A stretch of 51,282 bases of DNA from Barthelona sp. PAP020 (GCA_040182905.1 JARQWU010000043.1:1-51282); one strand, 5' to 3'. Positions 9,601 to 19,641 are shown, counted from the first letter of the stretch. A program made the numbers and translations. The notes: generated by a model from the letters alone, not told the origin.

Positions 9601-11805
9601 TTTTGGTAAATTTAAATCGTTAACAGTTCCTAATATCGTTGAGATATCATAATTATGCTCTAAACCATCACGTATTTGAGTTAATTGCCGTTTTTTTAGA
9701 TATTTGAAATAAACATCATTTATTCCAGCATATTTCATTTTATTGACTAGTGTTTTCACATAACTATCACTTTGATAGTTCGAATAAACATTATTCTTTA
9801 ATATTAATGATACATCATTCCCAATGAACCTTGAATTTTGATTCTTAGTTTTGGCAGAATGTAATGACACAAAAGATTGAATCTCTGTCAAATCATCAAC
9901 ATCAGTTAAAGGATCTGGTTGTTTGGAAAATTCTTCAACTAAATTTTGATCCATCGTTGGTATTATGTGTGGAGGTAAAAAAACAAACAATTCCTCTTCA
10001 CTTTCAAAAACAATGGGCTTAAAATTGATTGAATCAAAAAATTCGACTTCTTCCAAAGCCGACAATTTTGATTTCCCACGTAGAACTTTTCGTTGAAGCA
10101 CATTTTCTTTCAATGATTCACAATACGTGTCATACAGATCTGTATACTTCTTAGAAACTTCAAATAAGGCTTGATGAAAGTCTTCTCTCTCCAAAGATTC
10201 TTTCGGAAATGGTCCAATTCTGTCCCAACATTGATGTGCTATATTATTCAATTCAACATCAGAACGATCTTGGAATTTTTTCAACAGTTTTTCCAAAAAA
10301 TGATCTGCAACTGCATCTGGTGGGGGAACAACGGGTACACATTCATTTAAATAACTTAAATCTAAGAAAGGTCTTTCGGAAATGAGTTCAAAATTTTCAT
10401 TGGTTTCCTTTTGTACCAGACAAGGAATTTTCTTCTTTATTGTTTCCGCTTTTTTTTTACGCTGCGCTAGAATTGTGTTCCTTACATCCGTTACCATTCG
10501 ATCATAAGATATTTCAACATCCATATCCTTTTTCATTTGAAATTTGTGCAACACTTCTCCAACTGAATGAATCATTTGCAAAGGAATATCAATCTTCTTA
10601 AAACCTTTATCGGTCTTTGAAAGCAATAGAAATTCGTTGACATCAACAACAGGTTTAACACTATCTTCTGCAAATGTTTTTGCACTGTTGTACACCAAAG
10701 ATAAATAATTATTTTTAGTTTGTTTTATACGAGAAAGATTATCTCTTAACTCATTCACAAAAATTTGATCAACATTGCCAACATTAATTTCTTCAACACT
10801 TTCAACATCATTGACAATATTTTCCCCCACATTTTGTTTTCGCTGTTTCCTTTCAGCACTGAATGGTGGTGTGAAAATACGTATCTTCGTGGTGAGAACA
10901 TCAAGCAATTCATCTTTTTTCGCTATCTCATCAATTAACCTCATTTGACCACGTCGATATGCTCGTTCAGCTAAATCATCTCTTCGTGCATTTCGTTTTG
11001 ATTTATATCTATCAAGCCAATTTTGTGCCTTTAAAAGAACCTTATTTTCCATGTTACTTAAAGAATGAATCAATTGAGGCTGTTTGTTTGCATCAACAAA
11101 CGTCTGAAAATTGTTTGCAGCATCAAGAAAATCAAAAACTTTTTCTTGCTTCAACAAATACTCGGTGTATTCTTGTTGATGTCCAGAATTTTCAAAAAAC
11201 ATTTTTATTTCATTTCTAATATGTTTGGCAAACTTTTCACGTGTTTGCCATTTAGAAAAAAGTGTCATTACATTATTAGATGAAGATGGTGTGAATACAG
11301 GACTATCAGTAAGATTCAAATTTGAATTTGCTGCAGGTTTTGTGGAGGAAGAAGAAGAAGGTGAAGATAAAGAAAGCTGTTGTGAAATAAAAATATCATC
11401 TATTTCTAAACTGGGTGGAGGAAAGGGATTTGCTTTATTTACTTCAGAAAAGGCAGATTTCGTGGATGTTGAAGGTTTTTTCCTTTTAAACACCTTTTTT
11501 CTTTTAATTTTATTGGAAAAATCCTGTTTTTTGGAAATAGGTCTCAAATAAGTCCTATAAATTAAACTTTCATTGATATTACTTTCATACAATCTTTGAG
11601 GATTATGATATATCGCAACAGGTTCTATTTCAACATCTTCATATTCTTCACGTGCCGACACAGGACTTGCATTGTCAGCTATTTTGGGAATTGAAACTGG
11701 TATTGCATTTAAATGTAAAGGACTTTGTTTTTCACCCTCAATTTTCAATTTGGGTATTATATTTTTTTGGTACTCAACATTCGACAAAGTTGGCAATGTA
11801 GTCAT
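3664..11805 (-). CDS. Giant tetratricopeptide-repeat (TPR) containing protein, ~2713 aa
   Basis: Long uninterrupted ORF; first in-frame ATG at 11805. TPR-like helical pairs such as AYFLRAIIQLHRQNLEQAYVDITQSLSLSP, ILHNRAMAYSRLEEYDSALHDL and IYNIGVIFYKLANYELASSYF. Confidence 0.8.
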   Translation of the reverse strand: MTTLPTLSNVEYQKNIIPKLKIEGEKQSPLHLNAIPVSIPKIADNASPVSAREEYEDVEIEPVAIYHNPQRLYESNINESLIYRTYLRPISKKQDFSNKIKRKKVFKRKKPSTSTKSAFSEVNKANPFPPPSLEIDDIFISQQLSLSSPSSSSSTKPAANSNLNLTDSPVFTPSSSNNVMTLFSKWQTREKFAKHIRNEIKMFFENSGHQQEYTEYLLKQEKVFDFLDAANNFQTFVDANKQPQLIHSLSNMENKVLLKAQNWLDRYKSKRNARRDDLAERAYRRGQMRLIDEIAKKDELLDVLTTKIRIFTPPFSAERKQRKQNVGENIVNDVESVEEINVGNVDQIFVNELRDNLSRIKQTKNNYLSLVYNSAKTFAEDSVKPVVDVNEFLLLSKTDKGFKKIDIPLQMIHSVGEVLHKFQMKKDMDVEISYDRMVTDVRNTILAQRKKKAETIKKKIPCLVQKETNENFELISERPFLDLSYLNECVPVVPPPDAVADHFLEKLLKKFQDRSDVELNNIAHQCWDRIGPFPKESLEREDFHQALFEVSKKYTDLYDTYCESLKENVLQRKVLRGKSKLSALEEVEFFDSINFKPIVFESEEELFVFLPPHIIPTMDQNLVEEFSKQPDPLTDVDDLTEIQSFVSLHSAKTKNQNSRFIGNDVSLILKNNVYSNYQSDSYVKTLVNKMKYAGINDVYFKYLKKRQLTQIRDGLEHNYDISTILGTVNDLNLPKSIKKRYVEKMCFFGRPQKLFQTEEWRKILRLVEFLVADHQYKDAYQVLMDLLEQNPFDFTLYIRKAKILFELNMCMDCLKEINLAMEYVTKNLTSVEAELKRLQQIVDDLLKQDRKPSKEMLRRVEWLTKQRSWLRKKITTYILFELKVKRKAGVLTYDDIIERTSYALKIHPNVECHMLRIHCLIRLKLYETARKDLNIFKEENEIRIEEGYANEVVSYLVQSYINIFLCVLDLKKDDVEKRSQAIQTLLTEETMLITNLNAVFNLKIEEEEEEEEADNDNDIDRNRINFLSLDDNHFWFLYFSAILLWYARIYTIIWFLFSNIKGYPIDMELIQTINLEINSIEFEGFIHELIKKFSQYQFLQPQIQTVEKATIAISSKNNEKNVFFANQIKTHLKKFIQSQKELKSYVYILKAHLLSLETKKQEMKEFSYNFTKVFLPFSSINAQQTCIDNFEQNFTFEIFEKPFQTLRIKDTIPLIDIYERIPQFQNISTLKSLYKPPELSKTVLKLYNKAQQLFPDDTRRCIFKMLSYQNYYDELYGSFQNIVSLFLKSLMMMFFQVKLFRDELIRNIRQRAMFLYEKDLEAEAEAQEKLEKNNSNNTAEELEVEDDETSTNKTVSGSKSNKLIDNNSKDSINSFQLNAEVNVDELIAKKISLNMVMRVISEIENTEKYEQYIHGFKHYYKDALFSFSLIGVIIPRLIAISKKISRCLYQSALINREMDLLTFVCKGSADYLEYECYHKVYQVLKHCWSEIRTFEEKNEDFFTWISLNKLGSFNQSKKFLFTRDNLYIFGDCIETYFFQFFNVLKNLAANSVEVLKNTDEFLNFNFIQIMHRSMPSGLSNNLYPLAKQDLFKLLQTSKNLNEIILIKYFNIYCHNSLHEFNYWFDDDSNVVIDWSFLNKLPLTSHLDEMLTKCYLLYLKHGRFDEIFKYTLNLNRLFPSSVTISIILAKMYTYICRKILSEEFGANTNDRYMLYKRLSCNCLICVFEKLKHFVDQSVVVKNETTTVSSQFLRKLIKEPAVGFVHAISSVPTLESSSYYDALNGYPLLSLMEIPDTIFMHYQKKIVENKHKMNIQKVFGFDALNNFQKLCCAYLSAQLASLHLFNNRLQEAELYSNVCAEYYEMFIGNLEKKNQTQKKYSLKNYNCSLIDAKNAQLAYLQHIASSYLTYTFQNFDDLKFKLYLTKGRVHHHLENQKAAYHALKQVSHMRQRIDSLLMQSILFRRVRLSNDALMILNALFETNRELIRKILRFKNEKCSAKVLSRKIIKSVEMMSHLKISSSFLFENRISELNKRDFPPKLSFIQHGISNNNKDPLHYFSQLIRVVIERGFCHFTLNFHKRSYYDLSVGIDLSNMLRKIKFEATNASANAIVDGNMNENNDMQLSLPNMTSTKYNHRESLSRMPSLTRLTSIPNTSSRHSQAYFLRAIIQLHRQNLEQAYVDITQSLSLSPRFILARYYCAVIELFLGLLQQSLVSFEKLTKDEPKNTNYRFYKVIVEQINVNNMIKLYEKELYVKYCDSYENNDILLRIILKKLAFLKIFNSIVADYSKMLLMIVNPISDHRYMLILHNRAMAYSRLEEYDSALHDLAKINKITLSQQILTLNKFRKSLWNYKRKKFFETDFEYQGNYDELKKLTKCMLIEKCFYIGTKQALVEGLDIARRILRLYPYDLLLIYNIGVIFYKLANYELASSYFIKASIIADNENEIEIQIKASAAIFNCARNFGDIILSLSVIKTIIQLYNDKMEIFGFYPINPCHFPLAKEQKKYNIMLKQYSEIFENFILKKFSIVEKQILFVFNSNKITYMSSDLFTQYILFYLHLFIVNKIKCIDLSLIDWYFNNIYNTEFIPPYNSFLQVQFYVSIVYIKQEQYSEAITMCSQCLKSLKLKNSFFIQNKSQTFDDIFEQGFRFNLAVTFWLNKNFVQSKEQFSLLIQNENFNLNDKDIIVMFERCLISLNDKFGANVMNSLRQLILDKV

Positions 11806-12310
11806 AGAATTATCCTCTTCATATAACAATAAATAATATTTCTTTTCGAATCTTCATTAATTAATGTCAAATATGATGAATAAATATAATAAAAAGAACT
11901 TTAAATAGTTTGTTTATGCAAGAAAATTAGCGTTAAAAGGAAATAATTGAAAGGAAATCAAATTTGATTCTTTTGTAGTTTTCCTTTTCTGAAAGACTTA
12001 AAACTTTTTAATTGCCGTCTGAAATTCAAGCAAAACCAGTAATTAGTTATTTTAACAGAAAGATCTTTTTAATTTTATTTTATTTCAAATATTCATCACA
12101 TTTTCTTATTTGTACAATTAACAATCTAATAAATAAGCTAGAAAAACAAAAATTTTGTGTGAACAACAAGAGAATAATTTATTTAAACAGAGTTATTGTT
12201 TTTCCAAAAATAAAAGTGAAATTGAGTGTCAATAGCAAAGCTTCAGTGTGAATATGAAGGATTTCACATATTTTAAAAATGTTCTGTTCAACTTTTTTTT
12301 TTTCTTCATA

Positions 12311-13393
12311 ATGTTTAATTTGGAATTAGATTTGGACGTTGTTGATTGTGATGATACTTTTGTTTCCGATACTGGCACTTGGAAAGGTTCTAATCTCAAA
12401 TTAAATTCACAAGGAGTCACGTTAGTATCACCAAAGGATCCAGCGTTGAATGCATTTAATTCTGAATCTTTAGAAGGGAATACCTCTTCAAGAGGAAGTC
12501 GTTATATTAGACCACAAGGTGCACCATTTATTGTACATTACTCTGAACTTAAAAGACTGGAAAAATTGGGTTCTGGTGCACAAGGTTGTGTTTATCGTTG
12601 TTTACACACAACAACTAACGAGGTAGTTGCTTTGAAAGAAATTTCTTTGGATTTATCTGACGATTCTTTGACAAAAAATATTGAGAGAGAAATTCGAGCT
12701 CTTTATAAAACAAATTGTCCTCATATTGTTCCTTCTTATGGAGCTTGGTTCAGAGAAGGTAAAGTTTGCATATGTTTAGAAATGATGACTTTAGGTTCAC
12801 TTGATTCAATCATCTGTTTTGGAAGGTTAAGCGATTTGATTCTTAAAACTGTGGCTTACCATGTTTGTTGTGCATTATGTCATTTAAGAGAACATCATAT
12901 CATTCATCGTGACATAAAACCCAGTAATTTCCTTGTATCTGACCGAGGAGAGGTTAAAGTTGCAGATTTTGGTGTTTCTGCGATATTTGAAACAACCATT
13001 AAAGATTTGAACCCAGATTATACATTCGTCGGAACTGTTAAATACATGGCTCCTGAATGGTTATGTTCTCCTCACAAAGATTATAGGAGTGATGTTTGGA
13101 GTCTTGGAATTTCTTTGCTTGAGTTGGCAGGAGAGCGTGTATTTTGTTTTGATAATCAGGAGATTACCATTTTTGACATGATGAAAGCCATTATGAATTC
13201 TCCTCCAAAAGCGGATCCAACTCTTTATTCTGAACATTTTTGTGATTTCATTTCATCGTGTTTGCAGATTAACATTGAAGATCGTGCATCTGCTGATCAA
13301 TTGTTACAACATCCATGGCTTGCAAACGTTGATCTCCAATCAGGTCATATGCTTTTGAAATCTTTGATAAAGGATCGTCTTAAAAAGAAATAA
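12311..13393 (+). CDS. MAP kinase kinase (STE7/MEK family)
   Basis: LGSGAQG, VALK, HRDIKPSN, VKVADFGVS, TFVGTVKYMAPE and SDVWSLG motifs. The start is taken at ATG 12311, after the T tract. Confidence 0.9.
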   Translation: MFNLELDLDVVDCDDTFVSDTGTWKGSNLKLNSQGVTLVSPKDPALNAFNSESLEGNTSSRGSRYIRPQGAPFIVHYSELKRLEKLGSGAQGCVYRCLHTTTNEVVALKEISLDLSDDSLTKNIEREIRALYKTNCPHIVPSYGAWFREGKVCICLEMMTLGSLDSIICFGRLSDLILKTVAYHVCCALCHLREHHIIHRDIKPSNFLVSDRGEVKVADFGVSAIFETTIKDLNPDYTFVGTVKYMAPEWLCSPHKDYRSDVWSLGISLLELAGERVFCFDNQEITIFDMMKAIMNSPPKADPTLYSEHFCDFISSCLQINIEDRASADQLLQHPWLANVDLQSGHMLLKSLIKDRLKKK

Positions 13394-13600
13394 AGCTTTG
13401 TTTATATTTATTGTTTGTTTTAAAACTGATTAATCAATGGATATGTGCAAAAATATTTCTGAACATCTTCCAAAAAGTTAGTTGCAAATTGAACTATGAC
13501 AGTTCAAACTTCAGAAAGTAGAATTGACCCAATGACTGGCATTTGTTCAAATATTTTTTCTCTTTTTCAACAAAAATAATAGACTAAATAAAAATTTATG

Positions 13601-15496
13601 TTAATTTGGTTTTATACCAATTGTGGCAATTCCTTCAGCATTCATTGGATTTCCTTGAATTTCTGATGGTTTTGGTCTTGAAGACGATATGATAACTGTT
13701 GAATTTCCTGGTAAAGAAGCTAAAATTAGATCAATGACTCCAAATATTTTACTGATAATGAATTCATTGATATTTTCTTTGACATTTTCATTGACATTTT
13801 CTTTGCTGTTGGTGTTCACCTCTTTTAAATCATTCTCTTTTTCCAAAATATCCTCAACATTAATAAATGAGAAACTTTTAGCTTTTGTCTTATTTTTTAT
13901 TCTGTTGAGAACACGGGGTACACTTTCTTCAATATCAATATGTTCAATATTTACATTTGCATCGACTTGTTGCAATAAAAACTTTGGTGAAACATAATAA
14001 TTAATTTCAATGTTTGAAGGATAATTCGATAATTCTGTATCAAAGTCAAATGTTGAAAGATCAATGTTGGCACCACCTACTCGTAAAATTTTGCTGATTG
14101 GAATTTGTTCAACTCTATATTTTTTTTTCTTTGTGGATTGATTTTTATCTAAGAATTTACAAGCAAAACATCTGCCGCTTGCTAATGCATCTTCAACTGA
14201 ACAATGCCCACCAGTAATCAATTCTCTAAGTAAAATCGTATTAACATACTTGTCAGTTTTTCCCCAAATCAATTCAGTTTCAAAAATATTGGAATCAACT
14301 GTTTGAAAATTAAGAAAAAATTCACCATTTTGAATTTCCATATTTCCATGACTTGATGCAATGTGTCTCAATGCTGGTTTTCTTAATTGTCCACCTGATT
14401 TCCATCGATCATGACAAAATAATATCGAAGTGTCTGAGATGAACGAATGATTCATATTTAATGCCGCTAAATCACAATCAACACTATGACCAATCACAAC
14501 TGTATGAAAATCCACAAATTCATCAAATAATCTTTGTGCATCAACAAAATCTACGAAAATACCTAAATCTGATGCTTTTTCAACAATTGAACGGGAAATT
14601 CCGGAAAATTTTGTCACATAATCAACAATTTTAGCACCAGGATTAACAAGAATATCTATAACAATCTGAGGTTTTAATAGACTTTCAATGCTAATCTCTA
14701 AATTTAATGCTTCTCTAACTTCCTTGATAACATCAAAATTATATGGATTTTCAAGCAACAGATAAGTCCAACCAATTGTTTTTTTCAATAAATCATCATC
14801 ATCTATTATTTCTAAATGTTTTAAAACTGTAAAAATTGGATACATATCAACCAATGATAATCTGGCTAATCCTTTTTGAGTTTCGGTAGTGACAACCATT
14901 TCAGCATCCAATGCAGCCACAGCTAAACTTTTCTTTGACAAATGATCAGATTTTTCTGTCAAATTGATATCAGTGAATAAATAATTTTTATACATGTGAT
15001 CAAACAAAATTTTTGTACTGACATTTTGAATATTGTTTGAAAGAAAATCTTCAAAAATCTTTTTGCTTTTTTTATCTTTCTTTACTTTTCTTTTTGTATA
15101 AATGTTTAACATGGCTTCAAAAGGTGTACGTCTTATTTGCTTGGTTTTAATTGAAATATTTAACCAAGGATACTTTTCAAGTAAAATATCATAAATCCCA
15201 TAAGATTTCCATTTTTTATATCCTATATGATCAAAATGTAACCACACAACATCATTTATCAAATACTTTTGAGAAATAACAAATTTTCCAACAACAAGAT
15301 CAGAAAATATTTGTGCAATAACACGACTAAACTGTTCAAGTTCAATCATACGATTTAAATTGTAATCAAGTGCAATTTTCGCCTCACCTTTGAAAAAATA
15401 TTCTAAAGGATCTTCATCAATGTTATCATTCTGTTCTTCATTATTTAACATAGGATCTCGTTTAATTGGATCAAAATCTTGACTTAATTCATGCAT
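13601..15496 (-). CDS. REX1/REXO-like DEDDh 3'-5' RNA exonuclease
   Basis: ExoI ALDAEMV, LARLSLVD, DYVTKFSGIS, ExoII GHSVDCDL, DTSILF and ExoIII GHCSVEDA motifs. Confidence 0.88.
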   Translation of the reverse strand: MHELSQDFDPIKRDPMLNNEEQNDNIDEDPLEYFFKGEAKIALDYNLNRMIELEQFSRVIAQIFSDLVVGKFVISQKYLINDVVWLHFDHIGYKKWKSYGIYDILLEKYPWLNISIKTKQIRRTPFEAMLNIYTKRKVKKDKKSKKIFEDFLSNNIQNVSTKILFDHMYKNYLFTDINLTEKSDHLSKKSLAVAALDAEMVVTTETQKGLARLSLVDMYPIFTVLKHLEIIDDDDLLKKTIGWTYLLLENPYNFDVIKEVREALNLEISIESLLKPQIVIDILVNPGAKIVDYVTKFSGISRSIVEKASDLGIFVDFVDAQRLFDEFVDFHTVVIGHSVDCDLAALNMNHSFISDTSILFCHDRWKSGGQLRKPALRHIASSHGNMEIQNGEFFLNFQTVDSNIFETELIWGKTDKYVNTILLRELITGGHCSVEDALASGRCFACKFLDKNQSTKKKKYRVEQIPISKILRVGGANIDLSTFDFDTELSNYPSNIEINYYVSPKFLLQQVDANVNIEHIDIEESVPRVLNRIKNKTKAKSFSFINVEDILEKENDLKEVNTNSKENVNENVKENINEFIISKIFGVIDLILASLPGNSTVIISSSRPKPSEIQGNPMNAEGIATIGIKPN

Positions 15497-15864
15497 AAAA
15501 ATAAAGAATGCTTTTAGTAACTCAAAAACATTGTATTTTTATTAGAAAATTTTATATCATTTTTTAGAAAAGAAATAAGGGATGATTAAACATGTAAATG
15601 TTCTTATTATTATGAAGGGAAATGGAAAAAAATTGCGGTTGCAATTAACCTGCTCTTTGTGGATTTACCATTTCAAGAAACATACAATTCAATTGTTATC
15701 ATCATTCCTTTTTTTTTTCAAATTATAATAAACAAAATAGAACGAACAAAATAAATAAACTGACAAAAATATTTATGACTATAAAAGGTTTTTGACTATA
15801 AAACATTGACTATGATACATATTAATAAATATAAATATTTGTATCAAATATAATTATATGGAAA

Positions 15865-17415
15865 TCAATCACAAGAATTAACGAAAAGAGCAACATTTTG
15901 ATCAGAATTAATTGTTGAAAAAAATTGATTTGCAAATACAACAATCATATAAATACCATGTAAAAGAGTGAGAATTGAAATCACGATTGAAACAAAATCA
16001 ACAGCAACATCTTTTTTCATCCATTTTTTAAATAAAAATTTGTTCACAAAAAAAGAAAGCATCCCAAAACAAAGGAAAAATAAAATATATTCGATGTTTA
16101 ATTCATGAATTATAGAATATTGGCCTAAACATGCAGCAGACGTAAAAAACATGAGGATGGATGAATCTACATTTATTGTTTCAGGTGAACTTTTTGAGAA
16201 ATTGAAGAGAGAAGCAATTTTATTTAAACCATCACCAATACCAAATACCGATGATGTTCCGCCAAATAGAATGCTGAGATGTGCAATATGCCTCAATATA
16301 GATTTTGAGTTTTGCATTTCATTTGCGGCATTTTGAGGATATAATAAATATAAGAAAAGAAGAACAAGAATTAGTTGAAAAGGGTAAAAAAAAAACCAAA
16401 TACTGGAACACTTTGAAAAAGAATTTTGATAATAAGCAATAAAGACAAAGAGACCTAAAAAGAAAAAAGAAAACACAATTTTCTTCAATGGAATTTTTTC
16501 AATTTCCGGTTCAGCATTGCTTTCAATATCACTTTCAACACCAGAACCACAGATAAAAGAATTTTCATCATCATCACTCATCAAAGAACAAAGTTCATGA
16601 ATCGTTTCATTATTGACCTCTAATGAGGAATATTCGATATTATCTTCATCCAAATCGCTATTTATTTCATTCATTGATTTCTTTTTATCTGAAATTTCGA
16701 GCATTAATTGTTGCATGCTATTTTTCTTTGTCATTTTCTTTCCAAAATTTGATGAATCTGTTTTTAAAGAATTTTCTTTGCAAAAATCTTCAACAGCTTG
16801 AGAATTGTCTGAAATTGTTTCTTCACAACTGCCAGAATGTTCTTCTTCAAAGGAATCACAATTTTCATTGATAACTTCTTCATTTGGATTGAATAAATTT
16901 CCAACAAAGGTCACACCATCTGAGTTTTTTTTTTTTGAAAAATCATTTGGTCCAGAACTTTTTATCTCACATGGATCGATTGTTACTTCTTCAATTATTT
17001 TAACTTCTTTACTGTATGATGACAAACTACTTTTCAAAAATTGGTATCCCATAAAAAAAAGAAGAGGAATTAATAAAAACTGCAAAAACAACTCCGACAT
17101 AAATTTTCTTAATAAAATGCCAATAATAACACCCCAAATAGCACATGGATGAGCTATAAAAATAATAAACCATTGAATAACCAATTTAAAAGGATTTTTT
17201 GACGAATATTTCCTGATATTAAAAATTAATGACATAATTGTATTTCCAATAATAATTGTATTAGATATAATAGTTGTTGTGTGAAATTTCATCCCCGCAC
17301 ATATTAATATTGGTACAAATAACACTCCTCTGCCAAATCCACAAGAATTACTAATTGAACTACCTATAAAACAAAATATTAATCCAATCCATTGTATAAA
17401 TGTAAAGGATATCAT
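15865..17415 (-). CDS. Sulfite exporter TauE/SafE family membrane protein (divergent)
   Basis: Two hydrophobic TM blocks with GxGGG-like motifs (GFGRGVLFVP, GIGDG) and SSILMFFTSAA..QY, separated by an acidic loop. First in-frame ATG at 17415. Confidence 0.78.
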   Translation of the reverse strand: MISFTFIQWIGLIFCFIGSSISNSCGFGRGVLFVPILICAGMKFHTTTIISNTIIIGNTIMSLIFNIRKYSSKNPFKLVIQWFIIFIAHPCAIWGVIIGILLRKFMSELFLQFLLIPLLFFMGYQFLKSSLSSYSKEVKIIEEVTIDPCEIKSSGPNDFSKKKNSDGVTFVGNLFNPNEEVINENCDSFEEEHSGSCEETISDNSQAVEDFCKENSLKTDSSNFGKKMTKKNSMQQLMLEISDKKKSMNEINSDLDEDNIEYSSLEVNNETIHELCSLMSDDDENSFICGSGVESDIESNAEPEIEKIPLKKIVFSFFFLGLFVFIAYYQNSFSKCSSIWFFFYPFQLILVLLFLYLLYPQNAANEMQNSKSILRHIAHLSILFGGTSSVFGIGDGLNKIASLFNFSKSSPETINVDSSILMFFTSAACLGQYSIIHELNIEYILFFLCFGMLSFFVNKFLFKKWMKKDVAVDFVSIVISILTLLHGIYMIVVFANQFFSTINSDQNVALFVNSCD

Positions 17416-17664
17416 CTTAAATAAAATAATTAAAACCAAGATCAATTCTAAAAAAAGACTCCTTTAGATTGAAAATACATTTGCAAATGAATGTTTATTG
17501 CTTTCATTTAAAGAATAAGTTAAAGAATTTTATAAAAGAATGACATAATATGGAAGATTTGAAAGAATTCCTTTTTTTCAAAATATGATCCCTCATTTTT
17601 TTTTTTGAAAAAATTACCAACTTAAAAAAAAAAATTGATTAAATACAATTTTATGTTAATTTAA

Positions 17665-19095
17665 CTAATATTTTGTCATGAAATCTTCATGCCATTGTGT
17701 CCATCTTGGCATTAATTCCAATAAATCGTCAAACTGAGGAAGCACAGTCATTCTGAAATGATAATCATTGGGTTTTTGTTGAAAACTACTTCCAGGAACA
17801 AGGGCAACACCAACATTATCCAATAATTCATCACAGTAAAAATCATCTGGTGCAATATTTCTTTTTTTACACTCTTTTAGGAAGCCTTCTGAGGGATTGA
17901 ATTTGGGATAAATATACATGGCACCTTTGGGTAAAACACATGACATTTTGGACATGGAATTGAATTGTTCCCATAAATACAAAGTGTTTCTTTCATGTTG
18001 TTTTAAAATAGCTTCATGTTCTTGATCATATAAAGCTCTATCAGGAGTGTTTTTTTTTGGAGGTCTTAATTGACAATCTAAGACAATTTGTCCATCTAAA
18101 TTAGGACAGAGCATAGAACCCAACAATTGTAATTGAGATTTAACTTCAGGTAAAATGTTATGACATTCTAAATAACCACCTCGACGGCCACATTCACCAA
18201 TCATACCTTTTGAAGAAGAATGAACACTAAATAATTCCATTTCTGGACATTCTTCTTCCAAATCAATACAACATTTTCTTACAGAGACAAAAGGACAATC
18301 AGAATGAGCATACACATTGCGTTGATAAACTTCATCAGCTAATAAAACCAATTTTTCCCTATGAGCAATTCTAATAACATCTTTTATTTGATCTTCAGGG
18401 ACTAAATTTCCTGTGGGATTACCAGGATTAATAATTACAAAACCTATTGGTTCCAGTCCTTCCGCACGACAATTTTCTATTATTTTAGGCAATTCATCAA
18501 TTGGCATGGCCCAATCCTTTGATTCATCCATATAATATGGTACTGGAACACCACCACATGCTTTAATATAACTGTAATATAATGGATATTGTGGAGATGG
18601 TATCAATATTGCAGACTTTTCGTTTTTTATCATCATACGAATAGAATATTGAATTCCTACAGTGGCACCATCAGTAATGAATAAATTATCAGCAGAAACT
18701 GGTCTAACACCATCTCTTTTATTGATATAATCGACAATACTTTCACGAACCAAATCCATTCCTTGAACAGATGAATAACCACCCGTCTCATTATCATTTC
18801 GGGCGATCAATTCATTAATTCTTTCTTTAACTTCATTTGAAAAAATATCACCCTCTAACAATTCAGGATTACAAAATCCAGAAAGAACTTGTCTTAAAAA
18901 AGTAATAGGTTTTTGACCAACACCTTGTGGATTACCTAAATTGCATTTGAGAATTTTCTTAAAAGGAGTTTCTCCTTTTGCAATTTTCTCATTGACAGTG
19001 GGTACATCTAATTCTTTGAGGTCAAAAGCAGCATCCCAGATGTAAGGATAAGAGTTTTCTTTGGTTAAAACATGACAATTATTTGAATTTGGCAT
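17665..19095 (-). CDS. GPT: Alanine aminotransferase (PLP-dependent, class I/II)
   Basis: CNLGNPQ..GQKPITFLRQV, PQYPLY, INPGNPTG, LADEVYQ.N, HSSSKG..GECGRRGGY, GAMY.YP, VPGS.F.Q and HFRMT motifs. Confidence 0.95.
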   Translation of the reverse strand: MPNSNNCHVLTKENSYPYIWDAAFDLKELDVPTVNEKIAKGETPFKKILKCNLGNPQGVGQKPITFLRQVLSGFCNPELLEGDIFSNEVKERINELIARNDNETGGYSSVQGMDLVRESIVDYINKRDGVRPVSADNLFITDGATVGIQYSIRMMIKNEKSAILIPSPQYPLYYSYIKACGGVPVPYYMDESKDWAMPIDELPKIIENCRAEGLEPIGFVIINPGNPTGNLVPEDQIKDVIRIAHREKLVLLADEVYQRNVYAHSDCPFVSVRKCCIDLEEECPEMELFSVHSSSKGMIGECGRRGGYLECHNILPEVKSQLQLLGSMLCPNLDGQIVLDCQLRPPKKNTPDRALYDQEHEAILKQHERNTLYLWEQFNSMSKMSCVLPKGAMYIYPKFNPSEGFLKECKKRNIAPDDFYCDELLDNVGVALVPGSSFQQKPNDYHFRMTVLPQFDDLLELMPRWTQWHEDFMTKY

Positions 19096-19641
19096 TGATA
19101 AAAAAATAATAAATGATCAAAAAAGCTACTCAAAAACGTGTGAAAGATTTGGAAGAATTTTTTGAAAAAAAAAAAAATTGACAGAACTTTTTCTACACAT
19201 ACTGACAATAAAAAAGACATACAGAACAAAGGGAGAAAAAATTGAAAGTCAAAATTATAAAAAATCAAAATGAATATCCAGGTCAAAAATATGTGTTAAA
19301 TAATCAAATTGAACCAAAAGACACAATTTGAAATAAAAAAAGGAAAATATTTCAAAAAAGGATGATGGATTTTGTTAACAAAGAATTCTCATTTCAACAA
19401 TTTTTTCAACGATTTGGCATTTTTTTCTTTGTCATTGAAGACATTACTTCTCTAATAAAAAAGGAAAAGGCCTCATTAACCTCAAATTCAAGATTAATTT
19501 CTTTCTTTCTTTTTTGAAAAAAATTACCCCCAGTCAAATTGCTTCTTCTTTATAAATATTGTTTTGATGAACTTTTATTCAAAAAAAAACTCAGAAACAA
19601 AAAATTTCTTTTTTCCTTTGCAGTTTTTGACCTTTATTGAC

